From a virus: a DNA stretch of 64,000 bases. Below are positions 50,953 to 60,820 of the stretch, piece by piece. The first letter of the stretch is position 1, and the number at the start of each line of letters is the position of its first letter. The position numbers and the translations under genes are program-made. The stretch lies in IMG/VR virus record IMGVR_UViG_3300044858_003398; one strand, written 5' to 3'. Below the pieces are notes generated by a model, which saw nothing but the letters and a program-made list of their open reading frames with translations, made no database searches and was not told the DNA's origin.

Positions 50953-51847
50953 TCAACTGCTCCATAAAATATTGAGTTGGTCTTCTAAAATACTCTCTCA
51001 CGTACTCATTGAAGAATCTAACTGAATTCTTCCCGTAATAGTCGATTTCTGCAATACTCATCTTAGAAACATCGGCCAGCCCGTCTTCCATATCACTTGG
51101 GTCAATCTGAATATAGAATGGAAGATGATACTCATAACCAAATGGGATGTTGTCTCCGATAATGATAGGAAACCTACCGAGAAAACACGATTCAAGATAC
51201 CTAGCCGAGTCTACTCCTGTTCCTCTCGGGCACAAACTAAACGTAGCAGCCTCCATGCATCCTAGCATGTAACTGTGATCCTCAGAAGAGTCAGAAGCTC
51301 CCTTCCACTTATCGGTTAGATGGCCATAGTGCGAAAGCCCTAAGTGCTTTACGGTAGCAATCATACTCTTTCGGATACCAAGCGGATCTGGAAAGCCGGT
51401 AAAAGAGAAGGCCCTATTATAAATCGGGATATAGGATGCCTTCTTCTTTACCAGCGACATCAGAAGCTTTGAAAAGGTAGGTCGAACAATAATGTTCTTG
51501 AGAAATGGTCGGTAGTCTTTCTTAACTCCATTAATACAAAGGATGTACTTCTTGAGCCAATCGTGTGGCACATTACGTCCAAGCCAATCTCCCTCTATAT
51601 CGGCAACATGGTTAAAGACGCCATTGTAGTACTCCGGATTGATATGCAATGAGTCAGTATCATTAAACTGGCCCATATAGAAGTATGAAGCCCTATCTGG
51701 GTCATTAGTGATTGACAAATCTGAATAATGCAAATTCGACCTACAGAACGGAACGCAGCCTCTGTAAACTAGATCGTCATCATGGACTGGATTTCTCGCC
51801 CAAGGATATATGTATAGCTGGTTCTTAATCCATACCGGCTCTCTCAT
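50927..51847 (-). CDS. Exostosin/GT47-like glycosyltransferase
   Basis: ATFSLCPRGTG..S.RYLES..LG..PIII.D. Confidence 0.8.
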   Translation of the reverse strand: MREPVWIKNQLYIYPWARNPVHDDDLVYRGCVPFCRSNLHYSDLSITNDPDRASYFYMGQFNDTDSLHINPEYYNGVFNHVADIEGDWLGRNVPHDWLKKYILCINGVKKDYRPFLKNIIVRPTFSKLLMSLVKKKASYIPIYNRAFSFTGFPDPLGIRKSMIATVKHLGLSHYGHLTDKWKGASDSSEDHSYMLGCMEAATFSLCPRGTGVDSARYLESCFLGRFPIIIGDNIPFGYEYHLPFYIQIDPSDMEDGLADVSKMSIAEIDYYGKNSVRFFNEYVREYFRRPTQYFMEQLNENSKYFG

Positions 51848-52530
51848 ATTACCCCCTTTAGCTTAACAATATCGTTTTCGATCATACTCTTCGCCATCTG
51901 ATAAATGGCCGCATTATCGGTGGCCCTTCTCCTCATGTGACCCTCTCTGGCGGTATCATCAAAGTCAGACTTACTAAAAGTCCAATGCATATGCTCGACC
52001 AGAACATTATCAAGATAAACTGCCCTACCAACTCCATTAGCTACATCCATAATGTAGTTATCTGAATAGTCAACGCTAAATATAGGAGGGCACAGATATC
52101 CTAATGTCTCATACCATTTGCGATGAAAGAACCCATGAGTTCCTAGGGCTTCTCCATGATGTCCATCATTTGGATAGACATAAGCTATTTTGTCTGGTAT
52201 ACTATCGAACGCTGCCAGAACCACCTTGTCCCATCCATGGGTCCTAAAAACTATATCATCGGCAGCACCCATAAGTACATCAAACTCGGCATGACTAGCA
52301 CAAATATTATGGAGATCGCCATATATAGTTCCGTTTGGGATTTCGACGACCTTAATCGAGACCCCGGACCCGTCTACAAGGACTGAAGCATAATCAAGCG
52401 TCTCGCTATCGCCCTGATCAACGGCTACAACGAACTCAAGAGAAGTATTCGATGTCGTCAGAGCGGAACTGATCATCTTATAGAGGCCGAGCCTCCTTTT
52501 CCTCGTCGGGCAGAGAATGCTTATAGACAT
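51844..52530 (-). CDS. Glycosyltransferase, GT2-like
   Basis: ISILCPTRKR, MGAADDIVF.T.GWD, YSDN, EHMH. Confidence 0.82.
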   Translation of the reverse strand: MSISILCPTRKRRLGLYKMISSALTTSNTSLEFVVAVDQGDSETLDYASVLVDGSGVSIKVVEIPNGTIYGDLHNICASHAEFDVLMGAADDIVFRTHGWDKVVLAAFDSIPDKIAYVYPNDGHHGEALGTHGFFHRKWYETLGYLCPPIFSVDYSDNYIMDVANGVGRAVYLDNVLVEHMHWTFSKSDFDDTAREGHMRRRATDNAAIYQMAKSMIENDIVKLKGVI

Positions 52531-53357
52531 TCGACCTTCTCCCAAAAAGTTGAAGCGGCGTTATAGCAAGCTTCTGCGAACCCATCTGGGTCCTCATCGT
52601 ACATATGCCGAGCCCCTATTATCCCGTTTGTTAACATCTCGGGAACCCCACATACCATGGCTTCTCCCGCAGATCGGCAAAAGGGCTCATAAATCGGCGG
52701 CATATGATACCAACCACGAACTGAGTTGTAAAGATCAACCATTTGGAAATGATCGACTTGCCCAAGAAAGCTCACGTTTTTAAGCTTCACCCTCTCTTCA
52801 AAACCCGGCCCCCATCCAGCCACTAAGAACCGCTTATCTGGATTCCGCTCTACTACATCGAAGAACTCATGAGTGCCCTTTAGGGGGTGCATGAATCCAG
52901 AGTAAAGAATACAGTCTTCTCTTTTGCCGAACCGATTGCAAAATGACCGATCAATAGGGTCAGGAACAAACTCTACATTAACAAAATAATCCCCGTAGTG
53001 CTTCCTGAAACACTCATAATGGAACCTTGTTAGGAAGAAAGACGCCTTACAGTTCCTCCAAAGGAGAAATCTCTTGTCATTAGACAAGTACCTATTCATA
53101 TCATGTTCAAGTCTTATATGGTTGGGTTGACCATCAAGCCAGTCTACCACATTACCGATTATCTGAGAAATTGCCTCAAGATTTGATGATATGACCCAAT
53201 CATATTCCTTTTGAAAAAGAGAGATATCCCCATCATAATGGAAGACAGAGATCTCATGACCTCTCTTGATACCCTCATCAACTATTAGCTGATTACTTCT
53301 CTGAGCCCCGCCAACTGTATGATGCAGGCCGAAATCAGAAATTAGCAATATCTTCAT
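52521..53357 (-). CDS. Glycosyltransferase, GT4-like
   Basis: GGAQ, G..HPLKG, FLG.V, EPFCR...EA..CG. Confidence 0.82.
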   Translation of the reverse strand: MKILLISDFGLHHTVGGAQRSNQLIVDEGIKRGHEISVFHYDGDISLFQKEYDWVISSNLEAISQIIGNVVDWLDGQPNHIRLEHDMNRYLSNDKRFLLWRNCKASFFLTRFHYECFRKHYGDYFVNVEFVPDPIDRSFCNRFGKREDCILYSGFMHPLKGTHEFFDVVERNPDKRFLVAGWGPGFEERVKLKNVSFLGQVDHFQMVDLYNSVRGWYHMPPIYEPFCRSAGEAMVCGVPEMLTNGIIGARHMYDEDPDGFAEACYNAASTFWEKVECL

Positions 53358-53365
53358 TTAGCCAC

Positions 53366-53686
53366 CTAAAATTTAATCTTACCACGAACTATATCAAATA
53401 ACATACACCAATCTGCCGCTTTGGCCCAAATGGGTCGCTTAAAAGCCGCAGGCGTATTCTTTTCAAAGAAGAAATGGCCAGACCAAGCAAACGGATAAAC
53501 CACGAATGGAGTCAATGGTAGTAGTAACCAAAACCACCCACCATTAGCTGTTATCATTGATAAAAACGCTATCGTCATCAATTGGCCTAGAACATGTAAT
53601 CTTCGACATGTTTTATTTTGATGCAAGGTAAGATAGTACCGATAATACTCACTAAATGTCATTTTACTCACCTGTTCTGTATCCAT
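53366..53686 (-). CDS. DUF962/Mpo1-like membrane protein
   Basis: YL.LHQN..CRRLH..G, Y.FAW.GHFFFEKN.PA.F. Confidence 0.85.
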   Translation of the reverse strand: MDTEQVSKMTFSEYYRYYLTLHQNKTCRRLHVLGQLMTIAFLSMITANGGWFWLLLPLTPFVVYPFAWSGHFFFEKNTPAAFKRPIWAKAADWCMLFDIVRGKIKF

Positions 53687-53689
53687 ATC

Positions 53690-54097
53690 TCTCCCCAGTT
53701 GGTACGCACCGCCCCCTAATCCTCTTCACCTGAGAGGAATTCTCTAGTGCTTTGTGTCTCCTCCGGTCTGTGGTTATCTCATGGTGGTTTCAGGTCCCGA
53801 TTGGAGGAAAGGTGCGGAATTCTACGCTACCTCTGTGCCCTTTAGAGCACCCTGAACAGACTCCTTGGATGTGCCTCCCTGCGGTATTGGGACAGCACCT
53901 CTTCAACACTCAGTCAGTGAACTTGCCTCGGCTAACATTCAACCGGACGCCTTGACACGGTCGCCTGCTGGATTTGCACAGACAGGCGTTTTATTACACG
54001 ACGCTCCATTCCTAAACTCATTCACTGTTTTGCCACTGTGCCCGATTGCTGTTTGAGCCTTCGAAGTTGGGCGACCACCACTCAGAAGCTTTCGCTT
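53690..54097 (-). ncRNA. Candidate ~400 nt structured RNA or 5' leader of the glycan operon
   Basis: No credible ORF; at least five hairpins; sits directly downstream of a minus-strand promoter. Confidence 0.55.
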
Positions 54098-54103
54098 AAC
54101 CGT

Positions 54104-54168
54104 AGTATAGCAATTTTGAGATGAGTGGTCAAGGTTTCATTGACTTCTTGGCCGATCGAAGCTAAAAT
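54104..54168. promoter_or_regulatory. Back-to-back divergent sigma70-type promoters
   Basis: Minus strand TTGACC-17-TATACT (54132-54104); plus strand TTGACT-17-TAAAAT (54140-54168). Confidence 0.78.
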
Positions 54169-54204
54169 AAGTTGGAATTTTCATTTTTTCTTACGAGGTG
54201 CGAC

Positions 54205-54561
54205 ATGAAGGGTAATCAGATCATTATTCACGGGAACGTAGTTAAAGAAGCAAAAGTCTTCGCGGACAAAAAGTTTGCGATAATTCGGCTAGCCTCAAAC
54301 TATAGTGATAAGAAGGATGGCCAAAAGACCATGTACTTCGATGTTAAGATCTTTGGGGATCGATTGGGGGACATTGAGTATTTTGAGCCGGTTGTCGGAG
54401 ACAGACTTTGCGTTACTGGACAATTGGCCCTAGACGAGTACGAAAAGGACGGAATGCTGCGTAGCAGCATGGTGATTTACTGTGACCACCTTGAAAAGAT
54501 TTGGAGGAGACCTAAGTCCTCCTCTGACGTAGTAAGCAAAGAATCAAAGGCAGACTTTTGA
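54205..54561 (+). CDS. ssb: Single-stranded DNA-binding protein
   Basis: NQIIIHGNV, RLA.N, T.YFDV..FG, GD...V.G.L....YEKDG; GAGG before ATG 54205. Confidence 0.85.
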   Translation: MKGNQIIIHGNVVKEAKVFADKKFAIIRLASNYSDKKDGQKTMYFDVKIFGDRLGDIEYFEPVVGDRLCVTGQLALDEYEKDGMLRSSMVIYCDHLEKIWRRPKSSSDVVSKESKADF

Positions 54562-55600
54562 AAAAGATACTGGTTATCCTAAATAACGGCGTACAAATAT
54601 CCTCGGTGATGGAGAATGAAATTGCTAATCAGGCGATTGATCAATTTTATAATCTCTGCTCTAACAATTTAGATGATCGCTGTTTTGAGTTGTCGGTAAG
54701 AAATGAACTAGACAAACTTGAACATACACTAATACCACTAAGGAGCATTCTATATGTCTCATGTAGAGACCATACCTGACTGGACAACAGTATATGCAGC
54801 AACCCAGATTTTACCGTGGGACTCTTTGCATACTACGAATGGGTCAAAAGTATCAAAAGAAGAGACTGGATCGGCAGGGTATATTCCCTTTTACCGAACA
54901 CGCGAAGAAGTGATTAAACTATTTGGCAATGTAGAAATTCTGGAGTTTAAACGTGTCAAAGAAGAAGAGACAAGAAAAGAAGATGATAGCGAGAAAAGCT
55001 GTCGTCAAGGAGAAGCTGTTCCGCAAAAGAGAAAAGGCTGCTGCGGAGGCAAAGCTTGCAAAGCTACTCGCCCAACTCCGAAAGGAAATGAGCAATGACG
55101 AGCCGCGAAGTGCTGATACTTCAACAGAGGGTGATTTCCTTGGAGGCAGCTATAGTCCGACTGAAAACAGGACCGATGTGTAGTAGAAGTCATGAAGGAC
55201 TGATTGAGTTTGCCGAATTCTTAATCAGTGTCGGTAAAGAAGAAGATTCCCACTTACACGAGGCCGCTGGCTTAGCTCTTAAGAGTACGGCCAATAGATT
55301 AAAGGTATATATGGAATGACTTGGATTCTTGAAGCATACGCATACTACAAATGTGAAGGTGAAGATACCCTATATATAGATCATGGCAATTTTGATCATA
55401 TCAAGGCAAAATTTGAAGGTATCTCAAAGAGTTTACCGGGTTTTGATGATAGCCCAATGACGGGCGATCTGTACAAATTTGAAGTTAAACTTTCTGGAAT
55501 GTACCTATCTGGCGACTCTAGGGGCATCAGAATGTATGAACTAGAACCTAGTGATCTAGCCTCTATAAAAGAATTTATGGGATTTGATTATGAATCTTAA
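54558..55600 (+). CDS. Small hypothetical proteins (54558-54779, 54754-55098, 55095-55319, 55316-55600)
   Basis: Overlapping tandem ORFs. Confidence 0.6.
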
Positions 55601-56630
55601 TTTCACGTTCGGCTACAACACTACCAGTTATGGGTATCACGGATCTTATACGCTGAAGCATTTGCTAAAGCTAGGATGGGACGTTCGCCATATTCCGATT
55701 GGTCGTAATGACATAGACCCCCGAATGCCCCAGCCAAAATACCCATTTCATCTAAAGGCCCCTTCTCTTCGGTTATGGCATCCGAACGATATGGCTGGAT
55801 TCACTGGTGAGCCAAAGATAGCTTTCACAGTCTTCGAGCTAGAAGACCTATCGGATGAGGAGGTCCACAATCTATCCTATCCAGACAAGGTGGTCGTTCC
55901 GACCCAATGGGCCGCTGATGTGTGCGATAGGCAGGGGATTAAGGCCTCCGTAGTCCCTTTGGGGTACGACCCATCTATCTTTTTACCGAGTCCTCCTGAA
56001 CCGGGCACCCACACGATCTTTGGCAATTTCGGCAAATGGGAGATCAGAAAGGGCCATGATGTCCTGATCAAGGCCTTTAATGCCGCATTTGAGAAGGATG
56101 ATGAAGTCACCCTAGTCATGATGCCGACCAATGGTTTCCTCAATCCAGAACAGACCAGAGCTTGGCAACGTATGTACCTAGAATCAAAGCTTGGGGACAA
56201 GATTCAGATAGTACCCCGCGTGAATACCCATCAAGACGTATTTAATATTATGAAGCAGGTCGATTGTGCCGTTTTCCCAGCAAGAGCAGAAGGCTGGAAT
56301 ATGGAGGCTCTCGAAATGATGGGGTGTGGCAAGGAAGTCATCATCACTAATTGTACCGGACACACTGGGTTTGTCAATGAGTCTTGTAAGCTTGTTGAAA
56401 TGAAAAATGAGTTTGAAGTAGCCTATGACGGTGTCTTTTTCGGCGGATTCTCAAAATGGAGAAAATTCACACAAGATAGTTTCGATCAACTAGTTGAGCA
56501 TATGCGAAATGTCCATAGGGGCCGATCAGACCTAAAACTAAACCAGTCTGCGGTGGATCAGGCCAATAAATTTTCTTGGGAGCTTTCCACCAATGTTTTG
56601 GCAAAAGAAATCGAAAAAGCCTGTAGATAA
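55584..56630 (+). CDS. Glycosyltransferase, GT4 family
   Basis: VVPLG.D, GKWEIRKGHDVLI.AF, FPARAEGWNM.ALE.M.CGK.VI.T. Confidence 0.9.
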   Translation: MIMNLNFTFGYNTTSYGYHGSYTLKHLLKLGWDVRHIPIGRNDIDPRMPQPKYPFHLKAPSLRLWHPNDMAGFTGEPKIAFTVFELEDLSDEEVHNLSYPDKVVVPTQWAADVCDRQGIKASVVPLGYDPSIFLPSPPEPGTHTIFGNFGKWEIRKGHDVLIKAFNAAFEKDDEVTLVMMPTNGFLNPEQTRAWQRMYLESKLGDKIQIVPRVNTHQDVFNIMKQVDCAVFPARAEGWNMEALEMMGCGKEVIITNCTGHTGFVNESCKLVEMKNEFEVAYDGVFFGGFSKWRKFTQDSFDQLVEHMRNVHRGRSDLKLNQSAVDQANKFSWELSTNVLAKEIEKACR

Positions 56631-57413
56631 GGCTGACTATCTAACATTCTATATCGAGGATGGTGCTCTTCAGATAGAGTTCGGCTTTGATAATATTGAG
56701 AATTTGGCTAGAATATCCGACTCAGTACTCAATGGTAAGGTCAGAAACTCATGTATAGAAGTCATTGAATCTAAAACTAGAGAAGGTGGATTAAGTTTCG
56801 AAGCTGACTATTTTCTGAAATCCGTCAACAAAACAATCAAACCAAGCGAGTACACAGCATGAAAGAGCGAAAAATAGCGTGGGAAAGATGGGTTGATGAA
56901 GTTTTAGAAGATAACCTCGACATGGATATTGATGAATCCGATGAGGATATGCCAAATCTGCAAATGCTCGAACTTCCAATGCAGGTTAGGACTCCACTAG
57001 GAGTCTATGGGCCACTTGAGACTATGTCGCCCAATAACATGTTCGACTGCTGGTTCTGCCATACTAACTTCGATCTAACAGAGGCCGATAAAGCCGCCCT
57101 AGACCTAGTTGATGGCATAGAAGCACTCAAAATTGTCAGTAGATATCGATTTTTCATCGGAATTGGCAAGATGTTTAGTCTGACCGATGTTCGGCCTAGA
57201 GTAGAAATTGCCCTAAATATCAACCAGCATAGCATTATTGCCCAAATAATCTGCGAAATTTCCGGTAAAAAGAAGTGGGCCATTGGCGTCTACGAAGATG
57301 GGTCATATAGGTCGATCACATCAGATTCAGAGAAAGATGAGTCATATGACACAAAACTTGAAGATCTCAGAACTTCTGGGGTGGTCAATATATTGACCTC
57401 AGATGAGGTCTAA
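56593..57413 (+). CDS. Two hypothetical proteins (56593-56862, 56859-57413)
   Basis: Overlapping ORFs. Confidence 0.7.
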
Positions 57414-57485
57414 GCGTATTTATCCTTAGGAAGACAGGACTTTTCTTTTACTGGACCCTTGGGATGGATATTGTGGAGATCTATT

Positions 57486-58115
57486 ATGGCACTTTTGCCA
57501 ACTGGTTATGTTGTTAGCTGTAGAGGAACGGGCGTAGCTCCTCTGGAGCAAATTGGTGGTGTGGCGATGGGGATCACAGATGCCACTACTGTCACAACTG
57601 GAAGTCCTTTAACTCAGACTCTGTCTATTAAGGACGCTATTACAAGCAGCACTATGTCTACAAGACGTAATCGTGTTGCTGAAGCAAGCGGAACCTACCA
57701 TACGTATAGTGCCCAAAAAGCATTGTCCGCTGGTACTTTCGCTTATGAGCCTAATGCTTTCCTTATTCAGGGGTATAGCACTACAGTCAATGGTATCGCG
57801 AATAACGCCCTGTTATTCACTGACGGCGACCCATACCGCAAAAGAACCGCTCTCATCCAGAAGTCTTGGGGCTACAAGTACTCTACCGCAATTCGGGCCG
57901 GGTACTTCAGCTTTACGAAGATTGCTGGTAAGAGAACTAACTGGACGACTGCACCTTCTGCTCTGAACGATACGTTCCGGTCTACAACCAACAACGCTGT
58001 CGCTTCTTCTGACGAGGCTCAGTTCGTTACGTTCCGTTCTGTTCCGGGCGAGTTGACCTACATGGATGGATCTCGACACCCAATCACTGACGAATATCCA
58101 GCAATTACTGGCTAA
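57486..58115 (+). CDS. Thr/Ser/Gly-rich protein, possibly virion-associated
   Basis: Amino acid composition; GGAG before ATG 57486; followed by a hairpin. Confidence 0.55.
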   Translation: MALLPTGYVVSCRGTGVAPLEQIGGVAMGITDATTVTTGSPLTQTLSIKDAITSSTMSTRRNRVAEASGTYHTYSAQKALSAGTFAYEPNAFLIQGYSTTVNGIANNALLFTDGDPYRKRTALIQKSWGYKYSTAIRAGYFSFTKIAGKRTNWTTAPSALNDTFRSTTNNAVASSDEAQFVTFRSVPGELTYMDGSRHPITDEYPAITG

Positions 58116-58127
58116 TCAAAACTGACT

Positions 58128-58152
58128 AGGGGGGCGAAAGCCCCCTGTCTTA
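58128..58152 (+). terminator. Probable terminator hairpin
   Basis: GGGGC-GAAA-GCCCC followed by CTGTCTT. Confidence 0.55.
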
Positions 58153-58175
58153 ACTCTTCTATAAAGGCTTAAGCC

Positions 58176-59114
58176 ATGAATTTTCTGTCTAAACTAAAAG
58201 ATGCAATGTTCGGCAAGTCAGAACCATCCGTGACTCCTGTCGGTAAGGTTGATGCTGTTGACCTAGCCAAGGTAACACGCACAGCTATCCTGATGGGATT
58301 GGCTACTGCTGTTACGTCCCTTTTGGCCAATGTTAAGCCAGAAATGTTTGGCGAGCACTCGGGAATTGCAGCCATAGTACTAACTGTAGTAAGTGAACTG
58401 TCACTAAGATTTTTGAAGGACAACAAGTAATGCAAGCCATCATTGATTTTCTTATCGCTAACAAAATGCCAGTTGGTGGTGTTCTTATCGCCATTGTCGC
58501 GTTTTGGGATAAGATCAAAGCAGCTTTTGCTGCTGTAAAAGAGAAGGTCAAAATCCCTTCCTTCGGTGGGTCAGTGATTGTGGATGACGAAGAAGCAGAT
58601 CAGGATGCCCTGCGACATCTTAGAAATAGAGCTGTTGCTATTGGGAATGTTGAGCTTCTTGCCCTAATCAAAGAGATCGATACTCGATTCTATGACATCC
58701 ACACGGGGATCAAAAATGCGAAATAGACTAGCTACGCTCGTCATTATTATTTTGATGAGCTGTTCGGCAATTGCTGCCGACAAGGAGTCAGTAGCAAAAG
58801 CGGTAAAAGAAGATGGTATGTCTGTTCAGGACTGCCGAAAGTGGTACACCGTTTACAAGGGTGCGTACATTTATGTCAAAGAACTGGATGCTGCTGGTTC
58901 TAAAGACTTTGGTGATGTTTTTGTCAGGTTCCGCTCAGTCAGAGATAAGGTTATGCCGACAAAAGGCAATGAGGCCTTTAAAAAGGCCACCGATCTGTCC
59001 AAATTCGCAGATCCAGTGACTAATACTTATGCCGACTTTACAGCAGAAAACAAAACAGATCTGGCCGAAGAATTGTTCCAAATTTGCGAAGGTCTTAAAG
59101 CCGGGATTAAATAA
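58176..59114 (+). CDS. Membrane/exported protein trio (holin-like 58176-58430; 58430-58726; about 58716-59114 with a signal peptide)
   Basis: Two TM helices in the first, one in the second, signal sequence in the third. Confidence 0.55.
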
Positions 59115-60007
59115 TGTATACATACAACATGGCCGGGTGGGTGGACCTACCCGACGCAGTAGACGCTGTAGAATCCCAAGTCGGTGTGTTTGGATCTGCA
59201 GCGTCTTTTCTTACAGATACTGGCAAGGGAAAAATAGTCTGCCTTCATGATAACTACAAGAGAGCTGGCTCCAGCTTTTACTATGTCAATCAAGGCGACG
59301 TTGGTAGCTGTGTGTCTGCTGCTGCCTCTCTAATTACTAATACCCTTATGAGCACAGAAATAGCCTATGGGGAAAGAGAAGAGCTAAGAGGATGGATAGC
59401 GATTGAGCCACTCTATTATGGTGCCCGAGTTGTCATAGGTAAGAATCAAATAAGGGGCGATGGAGCGGTCGTTGCACATCAGATTAAGTATATGGCCGAA
59501 TATGGCACCCTACTTAAGCAGAAGTATGGGGCTATCGACCTAACAGAATATTCAGTTGAGCGATGCCGAAAATGGGGCACTGGATCTGGTTTCCCAAAAA
59601 CCCTTGAAACTATCTCCAAAGATCACACTATATCTGTTTACTCACGAGTTAAGAGCTACGATGAAGTCAGAGATAGTATCGCCAACGGATATCCAGTAGA
59701 AGTTGGATCTTCTTATGGATTCGCTAGCGAGACTGATAATGAAGGATTCTGCTCCCAAAACACAACTTGGCAGCACGCCCTATCGATCATCGCTGTAGAT
59801 GACAACAGTAAAAGAAAAGGTTGCATGATCTCTAATACTTGGCCTCTTAACTGGCTAAAGATCCGCAAACGTAAGCTTAATCAACCAGACGGATGCTTCT
59901 GGGTTGATGCTGAGATCATCAATAAGATGGTTTCGAGGGGCGATGCGTGGTCAATTGGCGGATTCAATGGATACAAGGCAAAGGTAGATACTAGCCTTAG
60001 CTGGTAG
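59114..60007 (+). CDS. Papain-like (C1-type) cysteine peptidase
   Basis: NQGDVGSCVS (oxyanion Gln and catalytic Cys), WQHAL (His), ISNTW (Asn), G.FW. Confidence 0.82.
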   Translation: MYTYNMAGWVDLPDAVDAVESQVGVFGSAASFLTDTGKGKIVCLHDNYKRAGSSFYYVNQGDVGSCVSAAASLITNTLMSTEIAYGEREELRGWIAIEPLYYGARVVIGKNQIRGDGAVVAHQIKYMAEYGTLLKQKYGAIDLTEYSVERCRKWGTGSGFPKTLETISKDHTISVYSRVKSYDEVRDSIANGYPVEVGSSYGFASETDNEGFCSQNTTWQHALSIIAVDDNSKRKGCMISNTWPLNWLKIRKRKLNQPDGCFWVDAEIINKMVSRGDAWSIGGFNGYKAKVDTSLSW

Positions 60008-60016
60008 GAGATAGAG

Positions 60017-60646
60017 ATGAAGAAAACACTGATTCTAGCAATCATACTATTCATGATGTTTATGCCAACTGAGAGTACGCCAGCAGTACTCGATTTTTCG
60101 GCTGAAGATCTTGATGCTTATGGTATTGCTGGTGCGATGATGATGGTAGCACCTATCGGTGCTGATGATCTGGTTCCTATCCCTAAGCCAGAACCGCCAA
60201 AGCCAGTCACTGAATGTAAATGTAAAAATGGCAAAGTCTCATACGATGGTGGGACCTCTCTGACAGACTGCCCATGCAAGGACTCCGATAAAGATTGCGG
60301 CTGCAAGAAGTCGGTAAAAGAGATATTACCAGACACTTTTCCTAGAATCGTGCTAATTACTCAACCATCTGTGTGCCCACCGTGTGTGACTACAGACAAA
60401 AACGTTGTTGCCAAACTCAGGGATGATATTCATAAAAAGGCCGGTTGGGATGTGGGACCAGAAGCCTTCAATGATCTTCAGGTGTTAGATTTAGATGATG
60501 AAGCATCTTATGATGAGATTGACAGATTGAAACTAAAATACACATCAATTCCCTCTTTCTTTTATTTGGAGAAGAGCGGAGTCACTAAAATTTACACTGG
60601 TGCTATATCTTACGACACTTATATTAAGTGGTCTAAAAAAAACTGA
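60017..60646 (+). CDS. Exported thioredoxin-like protein, probably extended by frameshift to 60843
   Basis: Signal peptide, Pro linker, Cys-rich segment, CPPC and cis-Pro-like SIPSF. Confidence 0.7.
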   Translation: MKKTLILAIILFMMFMPTESTPAVLDFSAEDLDAYGIAGAMMMVAPIGADDLVPIPKPEPPKPVTECKCKNGKVSYDGGTSLTDCPCKDSDKDCGCKKSVKEILPDTFPRIVLITQPSVCPPCVTTDKNVVAKLRDDIHKKAGWDVGPEAFNDLQVLDLDDEASYDEIDRLKLKYTSIPSFFYLEKSGVTKIYTGAISYDTYIKWSKKN

Positions 60647-60820
60647 GTACTACGTATTCTCGTATTAGTTATCGTAGATGGCAACTTAATGGATCGTCTT
60701 TTCCTAGCCGAGATCAACTAGTACAACACCTACAATCACAACATGGAATATCTAGCTTAGACGATTTGTCATATGAAGAACTATTAGCAATTCACGACGA
60801 TGATCACAATGGAGTATACA

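Noticed and set aside
53752-54056. + strand ORFs 53752-53955 and 53865-54056
   Set aside because: Non-ATG starts, no ribosome binding site, and antisense to the operon leader
53803-54100. RNase P RNA on the + strand (GAGGAAAG...CAGAAG..GCTTA)
   Set aside because: The two segments do not form the P4 helix, and the promoter points the other way
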